Below, piece after piece: positions 7,976 to 16,175 of a stretch of 17,600 bases of DNA (position 1 is the stretch's first letter; each line of letters begins with the position of its first letter). A program made the translations under genes and the position numbers. A model generated the notes under the pieces. The model saw nothing but the letters and a program-made list of their open reading frames with translations, had not been told where the DNA came from and made no database searches. Origin of the DNA: a virus; UHGV virus genome UHGV-0195027; one strand, 5' to 3'.

Positions 7976-8466
7976 TTTACTGATTCCTCGTGATACAGGC
8001 TTATACCTGCCCATTAGTTATATGGCTCCCGTGCTGCTTCGTAAACGTTCAATAATCAAACAATTGACACTGATCATAAAACCAGTTGGAGGATTTGACT
8101 CTAGCTTGGATATATGATGATGCCACCCTCTTTATATTGTTGTCGGTAACTCACAGACATTGAACTCATGCTGGTGAGTGAAAGGCTACATAAACGCCCA
8201 ACATTTAAACTGCCCTCAGCAGCGTTTGCGGAGCAATATACAGGCTTCGTATTCAATCCTTGCCCTACGAGAAACCCTAGCCGTTGCCTCGTTTTCAAGT
8301 GTCAGGAAGTTCTTTGTCAGACCTCATACAGTCTTGGGCTGGGTGAGGTGCATGGGGGAAGTAGAAGCCTTAACTGTTGAGGTAAATCGAACCATAAGTG
8401 TGCAATTTTTCAAGCCCGGCGCTATTTTAGTATTGAAAACAATTAGTACGCCCCCAAGGACAACTC

Positions 8467-9159
8467 ATGATCGAATTTATCGCAGAGCATATAAACACAG
8501 TAAGTACACTTATCTCCGCTTTGGCAGCATTGCTAACAGCAGTTGCTACATTTTTCTTGTGGAGAGTAACAAGGCTATTAGCAGACGAGACAAAAAGGAT
8601 GGTTGACGCATCAGTTCAACCTCATGTCGTTGTGACTCTTGAACCAAATTCTTGGGCTGCTTTTTATTTTGATATCAATATTGCTAATACCGGAAATGCC
8701 CCAGCCTATGATATTGAAGTCGGATTTAATCCCCCACTGGTTAATGCAGAACATAGAAAAAATAAAGGTATACCATTTAGCAAGGTTAGCGTATTGAAAA
8801 ACGGCCATTCCCTCAACAGCAGTCTTTGTAAGTATGACCAGATTAAAGATCAAGTTTATTCTGTTAGTATTAGCTGGTCTAAACAGCCGGGCTCAACTGA
8901 AAGAGAGCGGAATGAGTATTCTTATGATATGGCTTCTTTCGAGGGGGTTAGCTACTTAGGTGCAAGGAGTCCAATGACACAGATAGCTGAGCAGATGAAA
9001 AAGATTAGAGAAGACTGGAGGCCGATTTCCCAGGGAAGCAAAAAAATTAAAACAGACAACTATAATTCAAGTGACAGAGCAGAGGAACAACGAGCACGTG
9101 AAGAGTGGTATCAGGCCACTGTAAAGAAATGGGATAAAGAAAGGCAAAAAGATAACTAA
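8467..9159 (+). CDS. membrane-anchored hypothetical protein (single N-terminal TM helix plus about 190-aa soluble domain)
   Basis: ATG with AAGGA 8 nt upstream. Residues about 12-33 hydrophobic (VSTLISALAALLTAVATFFLW) followed by basic RVTRLL, suggesting a cytoplasmic C-terminal domain. Charged K/E/R-rich C-terminal tail. AT-rich. Transcribed divergently from the 7465-7975 gene pair. Confidence 0.6.
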   Translation: MIEFIAEHINTVSTLISALAALLTAVATFFLWRVTRLLADETKRMVDASVQPHVVVTLEPNSWAAFYFDINIANTGNAPAYDIEVGFNPPLVNAEHRKNKGIPFSKVSVLKNGHSLNSSLCKYDQIKDQVYSVSISWSKQPGSTERERNEYSYDMASFEGVSYLGARSPMTQIAEQMKKIREDWRPISQGSKKIKTDNYNSSDRAEEQRAREEWYQATVKKWDKERQKDN

Positions 9160-9294
9160 TACAATTGACCTGCTCCCCATAAATTAGCATACCACAATCT
9201 CAGGTTCCTCTTCGCTCAAAACAGGCAGTCAGATTTGATAGCGTTTTGGCTATGTAAATTGTCAGTCGGAAAATGAGTGTGTACAAATCAGGAC

Positions 9295-9322
9295 AGGCGG
9301 GCAGATTGCCCGCCTTTTCTTT
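9295..9322 (+). terminator. intrinsic terminator downstream of the membrane-protein gene
   Basis: AGGCGGGCA-GAT-TGCCCGCCT stem-loop followed by TTTTCTTT on the plus strand. Confidence 0.55.
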
Positions 9323-9325
9323 ATC

Positions 9326-9346
9326 TGTTGTTTCATCCACTGACCA
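9326..9346 (+). promoter_or_regulatory. candidate Ogr-dependent late promoter element upstream of FI (imperfect TGT-N12-ACA dyad)
   Basis: TGT at 9329-9331 and CCA at 9344-9346 separated by 12 nt, about 75-90 bp upstream of the FI start. One mismatch to the P2 late-promoter dyad as recalled. Confidence 0.25.
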
Positions 9347-9418
9347 GCCAGGTCAAATAGCGTCTCATGTACTACCCAACGGAAAATAGTTGCACCCATT
9401 AACCACGGAGTTAAACGG

Positions 9419-10609
9419 ATGAGTGACTATCATCACGGCGTGCAGGTGCTGGAGATTAACGACGGCACCCGCGTCATTTCCACCGTATCCACGGCCATTG
9501 TCGGCTTGGTCTGCACGGCCAGCGATGCGGATGCGGAAATCTTCCCCCTCAATAAACCGGTGCTGATTACCAATGTGCAGAGCGCAATTGCAAAGGCCGG
9601 TAAAAAAGGCACGCTGGCGGCGTCGTTACAGGCCATCGCTGACCAGTCAAAACCGGTCACCGTTGTTGTGCGCGTGGAAGACGGCACCGGTGAAGACGAA
9701 GAAACGAAACTTGCGCAGACCGTTTCCAATATTATCGGCACCACCGACGAAAACGGTCAGTACACCGGACTGAAAGCCCTGATGGGGGCTGAGTCGGTTA
9801 CCGGCGTTAAACCGCGCATTCTCGGCGTACCGGGACTGGACACCAAAGAGGTGGCGGTTGCACTGGCATCGGTATGCCAGGAACTGAATGCATTCGGGTA
9901 TATCAGCGCATGGGGCTGTAAAACCATTTCCGAGGCAAAAGCCTACCGTCAGAATTTCAGTCAGCGTGAGCTGATGGTCATCTGGCCGGATTTCCTTGCA
10001 TGGGATACGGTCACCAGTACCACCGCCACCGCGTATGCCACTGCCCGTGCGCTGGGGCTGCGTGCCAAAATCGACCAGGAGCAGGGCTGGCATAAAACGC
10101 TGTCCAACGTCGGGGTAAACGGTGTTACCGGCATCAGCGCATCTGTATTCTGGGATTTGCAGAAGTCTGGCACTGATGCTGACCTGCTGAACGAGGCAGG
10201 CGTCACAACGCTGATTCGCCGTGATGGTTTCCGCTTCTGGGGTAACCGTACCTGCTCCGATGACCCACTGTTCCTCTTTGAAAGCTACACACGCACCGCG
10301 CAGGTACTGGCTGACACGATGGCTGAGGCGCACATGTGGGCTATTGATAAGCCCATCACCGCAACGCTGATTCGCGACATCGTTGATGGCATCAATGCCA
10401 AATTCCGAGAGCTGAAAACAAACGGCTATATCGTGGATGCGACCTGCTGGTTCAGCGAAGAATCCAACGATGCGGAAACCCTCAAGGCCGGAAAACTGTA
10501 TATCGACTACGACTATACACCGGTGCCTCCTCTCGAAAACCTGACCCTGCGCCAGCGTATTACCGATAAATACCTGGCAAATCTGGTCACCTCGGTTAAC
10601 AGCAATTAA
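9419..10609 (+). CDS. FI: phage tail sheath protein (P2 gpFI-like)
   Basis: 396 aa; recognised as P2-type contractile tail sheath; GGAG ribosome-binding site; first gene of the FI-FII-E-T-U-D cluster. Confidence 0.95.
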   Translation: MSDYHHGVQVLEINDGTRVISTVSTAIVGLVCTASDADAEIFPLNKPVLITNVQSAIAKAGKKGTLAASLQAIADQSKPVTVVVRVEDGTGEDEETKLAQTVSNIIGTTDENGQYTGLKALMGAESVTGVKPRILGVPGLDTKEVAVALASVCQELNAFGYISAWGCKTISEAKAYRQNFSQRELMVIWPDFLAWDTVTSTTATAYATARALGLRAKIDQEQGWHKTLSNVGVNGVTGISASVFWDLQKSGTDADLLNEAGVTTLIRRDGFRFWGNRTCSDDPLFLFESYTRTAQVLADTMAEAHMWAIDKPITATLIRDIVDGINAKFRELKTNGYIVDATCWFSEESNDAETLKAGKLYIDYDYTPVPPLENLTLRQRITDKYLANLVTSVNSN

Positions 10610-10621
10610 GGAGCCTGACCG

Positions 10622-11140
10622 ATGGCAATGCCGCGCAAACTCAAGTTAATGAACGTCTTTCTGAACGGCTACAGCTATCAGGGCGTTGCAAAGTCCGTCA
10701 CGCTGCCAAAACTGACCCGTAAGCTCGAAAACTATCGCGGTGCGGGAATGAACGGCAGCGCACCGGTAGACCTCGGCCTTGATGACGATGCGCTGTCAAT
10801 GGAGTGGTCGCTCGGGGGCTTCCCGGATTCGGTTATCTGGGAGCTTTACGCCGCAACCGGTGTGGATGCTGTGCCGATTCGTTTTGCAGGCTCTTACCAG
10901 CGTGACGATACCGGCGAAACGGTGGCCGTCGAGGTGGTCATGCGTGGACGTCAGAAAGAAATCGACACCGGCGAGGGTAAACAGGGAGAAGACACCGAGT
11001 CGAAAATCTCCGTGGTCTGCACCTATTTCCGGCTGACGATGGACGGTAAGGAGCTGGTCGAAATCGACACCATCAACATGATTGAGAAGGTGAACGGCGT
11101 CGACCGGCTGGAGCAACACCGCCGCAATATCGGCCTGTGA
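10622..11140 (+). CDS. FII: phage tail tube protein (P2 gpFII-like)
   Basis: 172 aa; begins 12 nt after the FI stop with AAGGAG ribosome-binding site; P2 FII-like sequence and position. Confidence 0.95.
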   Translation: MAMPRKLKLMNVFLNGYSYQGVAKSVTLPKLTRKLENYRGAGMNGSAPVDLGLDDDALSMEWSLGGFPDSVIWELYAATGVDAVPIRFAGSYQRDDTGETVAVEVVMRGRQKEIDTGEGKQGEDTESKISVVCTYFRLTMDGKELVEIDTINMIEKVNGVDRLEQHRRNIGL

Positions 11141-11196
11141 TTTTCATCCGGTCAGCCTGGCTGACCGGTTAACCCCGATTCATAAGTGAGAAAATC

Positions 11197-11472
11197 ATGA
11201 ACAAAGAAAATGTGATTACCCTGGACAATCCGGTCAAACGTGGTGAGCAGGTTATCGAACAGGTCACGCTGATGAAACCCAGTGCCGGGACGCTGCGCGG
11301 TGTCAGTCTGGCAGCGGTCGCAAACTCCGAAGTCGATGCACTGATTAAGGTGTTGCCGCGCATGACGGCACCGATGCTGACCGAGCAGGAAGTCGCCGCA
11401 CTGGAACTGCCTGACCTTGTGGCGCTGGCCGGTAAGGTGGTCGGTTTTTTGTCGCCGAACTCGGTGCAGTGA
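11197..11472 (+). CDS. E: tail assembly chaperone gpE (zero-frame product)
   Basis: 91 aa between tube and tape-measure genes, the canonical chaperone position; contains the slippery site near its 3' end. Confidence 0.85.
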   Translation: MNKENVITLDNPVKRGEQVIEQVTLMKPSAGTLRGVSLAAVANSEVDALIKVLPRMTAPMLTEQEVAALELPDLVALAGKVVGFLSPNSVQ

Positions 11473-11624
11473 CGTTTCCGAAAAATCTCTCGGTCGATGA
11501 CCTGATGGCGGATGTGGCAGTGATATTTCACTGGCCGCCATCAGAACTGTATCCCATGAGCCTGACCGAACTCATCACATGGCGCGAAAAGGCGCTCCGG
11601 CGAAGCGGAAACACGAATGAGTAA
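11197..11624 (+). CDS. E': gpE+E' fusion produced by programmed -1 ribosomal frameshift
   Basis: After a -1 slip at T_TTT_TTG (11445-11451) the -1 frame is open to TAA 11622-11624, giving ...FFVAELGAVTFPKNLSVDDLMADVAVIFHWPPSELYPMSLTELITWREKALRRSGNTNE*, ending 5 nt into gene T, as in P2 E/E'. Confidence 0.7.
11445..11451 (+). other. -1 frameshift slippery heptamer T_TTT_TTG
   Basis: Zero-frame codons GGT TTT TTG; heptamer fits X_XXY_YYZ. Confidence 0.7.
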
Positions 11625-14064
11625 CAATGTAAAATTACAGGTATTGCTCAGGGCTGTTGACCAGGCATCCCGTCCGTTTAAATCCATCCGCACAGCGAGC
11701 AAATCGCTGTCGGGGGATATCCGGGAAACACAAAAATCACTGCGCGAGCTGAACGGTCAGGCATCCCGTATTGAGGGATTTCGCAAGACCAGTGCACAGC
11801 TCGCCGTGACTGGTCATGCACTTGAAAAGGCACGGCAGGAGGCCGAAGCCCTTGCCACACAGTTTAAAAACACCGAACGTCCGACACGTGCTCAGGCGAA
11901 AGTGCTGGAATCCGCGAAGCGTGCGGCGGAGGACTTGCAGGCGAAATATAACCGCCTGACGGATTCCGTTAAACGCCAGCAGCGGGAACTGGCCGTTGTG
12001 GGAATTAATACCCGCAATCTTGCACATGATGAGCAGGGACTGAAAAACCGTATCAGTGAAACCACCGCACAGCTTAACCGTCAGCGTGATGCGCTGGCGC
12101 GTGTCAGTGCGCAACAGGCAAAACTTAACGCAGTAAAACAGCGTTATCAGGCCGGAAAGGAACTGGCCGGAAATATGGCCTCAGTGGGCGCTGCCGGTGT
12201 GGGGATTGCGGCGGCGGGAACGATGGCCGGAGTTAAATTGCTGATGCCCGGTTATGAGTTTGCGCAGAAAAACTCAGAATTGCAGGCCGTGCTCGGAGTG
12301 GCAAAAGACTCCGCCGAAATGACCGCACTCCGCAAGCAGGCGCGCCAGCTCGGCGACAATACCGCAGCCTCGGCAGATGATGCAGCCGGTGCACAGATAA
12401 TCATTGCGAAAGCGGGTGGAGATGCTGCGGCTATTCAGGCAGCAACGCCGGTCACACTGAATATGGCACTGGCAAACCAGCGGTCGATGGAAGAAAACGC
12501 GCAATTGTTGCTGGGGACTAAGGCATCCTTTCAACTGTCAAATGATGATGTCAGCCATGTGGGCGACGTGTTGTCGGCAACGATGAATAAGTCGGCGGCT
12601 GATTTTCAGGGACTCAGTGATGCACTGACTTACCTCGGCCCGGTTGCGAGGACGGCAGGTGTAAGTCTTGAGCAGGCAGCGGCCATGACCGGTGTGCTGC
12701 ATGACAATAACATCAGGGGGTCAATGGCGGGTACGGGTAGCAGTGCCGTTGTCACCCGATTACAGGCACCGACTGGAAAAGCATGGGATGCACTCAAAGA
12801 GCTTGGCGTTAAAACCTCGGACAAAAAGGGAAATATGCGTCCGTTGTTCACCATTCTGAAAGAGATTCAGGCCAGCTTTGATAAGCATAAGCTGGGAACG
12901 TCTCAGAAGGGGGAATACCTTAAAACCATTTTTGGTGAGGAAGCCCTGAAATCAGCGAACGTTTTACTGGCAGCGGCAGCAAGCGGAAAACTGGATACGC
13001 TGACCGCCACGCTGAAAGCCTCGGACGGTAAAACGGAAGAGCTGGTTAAAATCATGCAGGATAACCTCGGCGGTGACTTTAAGGAGTTTCAGTCCGCTTA
13101 TGAGGCGGTGGGGACTGACCTGTTTGACCAGCAGGAAGGCGCACTGCGTAAGCTCACTCAGACGGCCACAAAGTATGTGTTAAAACTCGACGGCTGGATC
13201 CAGAAAAACAAATCACTGGCGTCAACCATCGGCCTCATTGTCGGTGGCGCGCTGGCGCTTATTGGCATCATCGGTGCCATTGGTCTTGTAGCCTGGCCGG
13301 TTATCACCGGCATCAATGCCATTATCGCGGCAGCAGGCGCAATGGGGACAATCTTCACGACGGTTGGCAGTGCTGTTATGACGGCCATCGGGGCGATTAG
13401 CTGGCCGGTTGTGGCCGTGGTGGCCGCCATTGTCGCCGGGGCGTTGCTTATCCGTAAATACTGGGAGCCTGTCAGCGCATTCTTTGGCGGTGTGGTGGAA
13501 GGGCTGAAAGCGGCATTTGCGCCGGTGGGGGAACTGTTCACGCCACTGAAGCCGGTGTTTGACTGGCTGGGTGAAAAGTTACAGGCCGTGTGGCAGTGGT
13601 TTAAAAACCTGATTGCCCCGGTCAAAGCCACCCAGGACACCCTGAACCGTTGCCGTGACACGGGCGTCATGTTCGGGCAGGCACTGGCTGACGCGCTGAT
13701 GCTGCCGCTTAATGCGTTCAACAAACTGCGCAGCGGTATTGACTGGGTACTGGAAAAACTCGGTGTTATCAACAAAGAGTCAGACACACTTGACCAGACC
13801 GCCGCAAGGACTCATGCCGCCACGTATGGCACCGGTGGTTATATTCCGGCGACCAGCTCTTATGCTGGCTATCAGGCTTATCAGCCGGTCACTGCACCGG
13901 CTGGCCGCTCTTATGTGGACCAGAGTAAAAACGAATATCACATCAGCCTGACGGGCGGTACTGCGCCGGGGACACAGCTCGACCGCCAGTTACAGGATGC
14001 GCTCGAAAAATACGAGCGGGATAAACGTGCGCGCGCCCGTGCCAGCATGATGCATGACGGTTAA
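11617..14064 (+). CDS. T: tail tape measure protein (P2 gpT-like)
   Basis: 815 aa; N-terminal coiled-coil-rich region, central Gly/Ala-rich hydrophobic segment; position after E/E'. Confidence 0.9.
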   Translation: MSNNVKLQVLLRAVDQASRPFKSIRTASKSLSGDIRETQKSLRELNGQASRIEGFRKTSAQLAVTGHALEKARQEAEALATQFKNTERPTRAQAKVLESAKRAAEDLQAKYNRLTDSVKRQQRELAVVGINTRNLAHDEQGLKNRISETTAQLNRQRDALARVSAQQAKLNAVKQRYQAGKELAGNMASVGAAGVGIAAAGTMAGVKLLMPGYEFAQKNSELQAVLGVAKDSAEMTALRKQARQLGDNTAASADDAAGAQIIIAKAGGDAAAIQAATPVTLNMALANQRSMEENAQLLLGTKASFQLSNDDVSHVGDVLSATMNKSAADFQGLSDALTYLGPVARTAGVSLEQAAAMTGVLHDNNIRGSMAGTGSSAVVTRLQAPTGKAWDALKELGVKTSDKKGNMRPLFTILKEIQASFDKHKLGTSQKGEYLKTIFGEEALKSANVLLAAAASGKLDTLTATLKASDGKTEELVKIMQDNLGGDFKEFQSAYEAVGTDLFDQQEGALRKLTQTATKYVLKLDGWIQKNKSLASTIGLIVGGALALIGIIGAIGLVAWPVITGINAIIAAAGAMGTIFTTVGSAVMTAIGAISWPVVAVVAAIVAGALLIRKYWEPVSAFFGGVVEGLKAAFAPVGELFTPLKPVFDWLGEKLQAVWQWFKNLIAPVKATQDTLNRCRDTGVMFGQALADALMLPLNAFNKLRSGIDWVLEKLGVINKESDTLDQTAARTHAATYGTGGYIPATSSYAGYQAYQPVTAPAGRSYVDQSKNEYHISLTGGTAPGTQLDRQLQDALEKYERDKRARARASMMHDG

Positions 14065-14078
14065 GGAGGTGACGAAAA

Positions 14079-14558
14079 ATGATGCTCGCGTTAGGTATGT
14101 TTGTTTTTATGCGCCAGACGCTGCCACACCAGACCATGCAGCGTGAATCAGATTATCGCTGGCCGTCAAATTCCCGTATCGGTAAACGGGATGCCTTTCA
14201 GTTTCTCGGTGTGGGTGAGGAAAACATCACGCTTGCCGGTGTGCTTTATCCCGAGCTGACCGGCGGCAAGCTGACGATGACCACGCTCAGGCTGATGGCA
14301 GAGGAAGGCCGGGCGTGGCCGTTGCTGGATGGCACCGGCATGATTTACGGCATGTATGTCATCAGCAGGGTGAATGAAACAGGGAGTATTTTCTTTGCAG
14401 ACGGCACACCCCGGAAAATTGATTTTACGCTGTCGCTCACCCGCGTTGATGAATCACTGGCCGCGCTTTATGGCGATATCGGTAAACAGGCGGAATCGCT
14501 CATCGGTAAGGCTGGCAGTATGGCGACCAGATTCACGGGTATGACGGGGGCGGGATAA
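14079..14558 (+). CDS. U: tail protein gpU
   Basis: 159 aa; recognised as P2 gpU-like by sequence and position; stop overlaps the D start (TAATG). Confidence 0.9.
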   Translation: MMLALGMFVFMRQTLPHQTMQRESDYRWPSNSRIGKRDAFQFLGVGEENITLAGVLYPELTGGKLTMTTLRLMAEEGRAWPLLDGTGMIYGMYVISRVNETGSIFFADGTPRKIDFTLSLTRVDESLAALYGDIGKQAESLIGKAGSMATRFTGMTGAG

Positions 14559-15721
14559 TGCTGGATGCGCTGACATTTGATGCAGGCAGTACGCTGACGC
14601 CGGATTACATGCTGATGCTCGACAGCAGGGATATTACCGGCAATATCAGTGACCGTCTGATGAGCATGACCCTGACGGATAACCGGGGCTTTGAGGCTGA
14701 CCAGCTTGATATTGAACTGAACGATGCCGACGGGCAGGTCGGGCTGCCGGTTCGTGGCGCTGTCCTGACGGTGTATATCGGCTGGGAAGGTTTTGCCCTG
14801 GTATGCAAAGGGAAATTCACCGTTGATGAGGTTGAACACCGGGGCGCGCCGGATGTGGTCACCATCCGCGCCCGGAGTGCAGATTTTCGCGGGACGCTCA
14901 ATTCCCGCCGTGAAGGCTCCTGGCATGATACCACGCTCGGTGCGATTGTTGAGGCGATAGCCTCCCGTAACAGGCTGGAAGCCAGTGTCGCGCCGTCACT
15001 GGCAGGAATTAAAATCCCGCACATCGACCAGTCGCAGGAGTCTGATGCGAAATTCCTGACCCGTCTTGCTGAACGCAACGGCGGTGAGGTGTCGGTAAAA
15101 ATGGGAAAACTGTTGTTTCTCAAAGCGGGGCAGGGGGTGACGGCCAGCGGTAAAAAAATCCCGCAGATTACCATCACCCGCAGCGACGGCGACCGTCATC
15201 ATTTTGCGATTGCTGACCGTGGAGCCTATACCGGCGTAACGGCAAAGTGGTTACACACCAAAGACCCGAAGCCGCAAAAGCAGAAGGTAAAACTGAAACG
15301 CAAAAAGAAAGAAAAACACCTGCGCGCACTGGAGCACCCGAAAGCGAAACCGGTCAGGCAGAAGAAAGCGCCAAAAGTACCGGAAGCGCGCGAAGGTGAA
15401 TATATGGCCGGTGAGGCTGACAATGTTTTTGCCCTGACCACGGTATATGCCACGAAAGCGCAGGCCATGCGCGCCGCTCAGGCGAAGTGGGATAAACTGC
15501 AACGGGGCGTTGCGGAGTTCTCCATCAGCCTGGCTACCGGTCGGGCAGATATTTACACGGAAACACCGGTTAAAGTGTCAGGCTTTAAGCGCGTCATAGA
15601 CGAGCAGGACTGGACAATCACTAAGGTGACACATTTTCTGAATAATAGCGGCTTCACGACGTCCTTAGAGCTTGAGGTCAGGCTTTCTGATGTGGAGTAC
15701 GAAACAGAAGGTGATGAGTAA
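14558..15721 (+). CDS. D: tail/late control protein gpD
   Basis: 387 aa; P2 gpD-like throughout (MLDALTFDAGSTLTPDYMLMLDSRDITGN...), including the lysine-rich KPQKQKVKLKRKKKEKH segment. Confidence 0.9.
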   Translation: MLDALTFDAGSTLTPDYMLMLDSRDITGNISDRLMSMTLTDNRGFEADQLDIELNDADGQVGLPVRGAVLTVYIGWEGFALVCKGKFTVDEVEHRGAPDVVTIRARSADFRGTLNSRREGSWHDTTLGAIVEAIASRNRLEASVAPSLAGIKIPHIDQSQESDAKFLTRLAERNGGEVSVKMGKLLFLKAGQGVTASGKKIPQITITRSDGDRHHFAIADRGAYTGVTAKWLHTKDPKPQKQKVKLKRKKKEKHLRALEHPKAKPVRQKKAPKVPEAREGEYMAGEADNVFALTTVYATKAQAMRAAQAKWDKLQRGVAEFSISLATGRADIYTETPVKVSGFKRVIDEQDWTITKVTHFLNNSGFTTSLELEVRLSDVEYETEGDE

Positions 15722-15802
15722 TGTTTTGTTTTTATCTGTTTGTTTTATAAGGATAAATTAACTAAAATGGCACCATCAACAAAACTGGAAGAGGTGCTCG
15801 CG

Positions 15803-16021
15803 ATGTTTCATTGTCCTTTATGCCAGCATGCCGCACATGCGCGTACAAGCCGCTATATCACTGACACGACAAAAGAGCGTTATCACCAGTGCCAGAACGT
15901 GAATTGCAGCGCCACGTTCATCACTTATGAGTCGGTACAGAGATACATCGTGAAGCCGGGAGAAGTCCACGCCGTGAGGCCGCACCCGTTGCCGTCAGGG
16001 CAGCAAATTATGTGGATGTGA
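15803..16021 (+). CDS. ogr: late-gene transcriptional activator Ogr (zinc-finger)
   Basis: 72-aa product MFHCPLCQHAAHARTSRYITDTTKERYHQCQNVNCSATF... with a Cys4 zinc-binding motif, matching P2 Ogr as recalled. The listed ORF start 15740 is an upstream in-frame Met and is rejected. Confidence 0.9.
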   Translation: MFHCPLCQHAAHARTSRYITDTTKERYHQCQNVNCSATFITYESVQRYIVKPGEVHAVRPHPLPSGQQIMWM

Positions 16022-16032
16022 TCACAAAAATA

Positions 16033-16057
16033 GCCCCTCAGTTGAGGGGCTTATTTA
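16033..16057 (+). terminator. intrinsic terminator after ogr; prophage right-end region
   Basis: GCCCCTCA-GT-TGAGGGGC stem-loop followed by TTATTTA, 12 nt after the ogr stop. Confidence 0.6.
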
Positions 16058-16120
16058 TGGTCGATGTGGACGCTATGTGGACAGTGGTTGATATAAATCC
16101 ATTTATATCATCAGGTTAGG

Positions 16121-16175
16121 TGCTTTTTTGTGACACCATCCCTGTCTTCCCCCACATGATGTGGGGGTTTTTTTT
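16121..16175 (+). ncRNA. cpxP 3'UTR / CpxQ-like sRNA remnant with its terminator
   Basis: GACACCATCCCTGTCTTCCCCCACATG-ATGTGGGGG-T8 (hairpin 16149-16167 plus U-run to 16175). Resembles, from memory, the 3' part of the cpxP-derived sRNA CpxQ, located upstream of fieF as in E. coli K-12. No cpxP coding sequence is present in any frame just upstream. Confidence 0.4.

Noticed and set aside
8178-8606. 142-aa plus-strand ORF (and overlapping 8168-8380 and 8101-8298) in the cargo intergenic region
   Set aside because: Arg/Ser-rich low-complexity translation, no ribosome-binding site, overlaps the well-supported start of the 8467 gene; treated as non-coding.
9647-10333. 228-aa minus-strand ORF antisense to the sheath gene FI (also 9433-9744 and 9961-10206)
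   Set aside because: Shadow ORFs inside a GC-rich, confidently identified structural gene; Gly/Arg/Pro-rich translation typical of antisense frames.
13158-13787. 209-aa minus-strand ORF antisense to tape-measure gene T (and other antisense ORFs 11678-12854)
   Set aside because: Antisense frames within a long GC-rich gene; Ala/Ser/Pro-rich, no start context.
14605-15502. Minus-strand ORFs antisense to gene D (14605-15177, 14996-15202, 15226-15468, 15251-15502) and 14468-14926 antisense to U
   Set aside because: Shadow ORFs in identified phage genes.
15740-15802. N-terminal 21-codon extension of ogr in the listed ORF
   Set aside because: Ogr proteins are about 72 aa starting MFHCPLCQ; the upstream Met lies in the D-ogr spacer.
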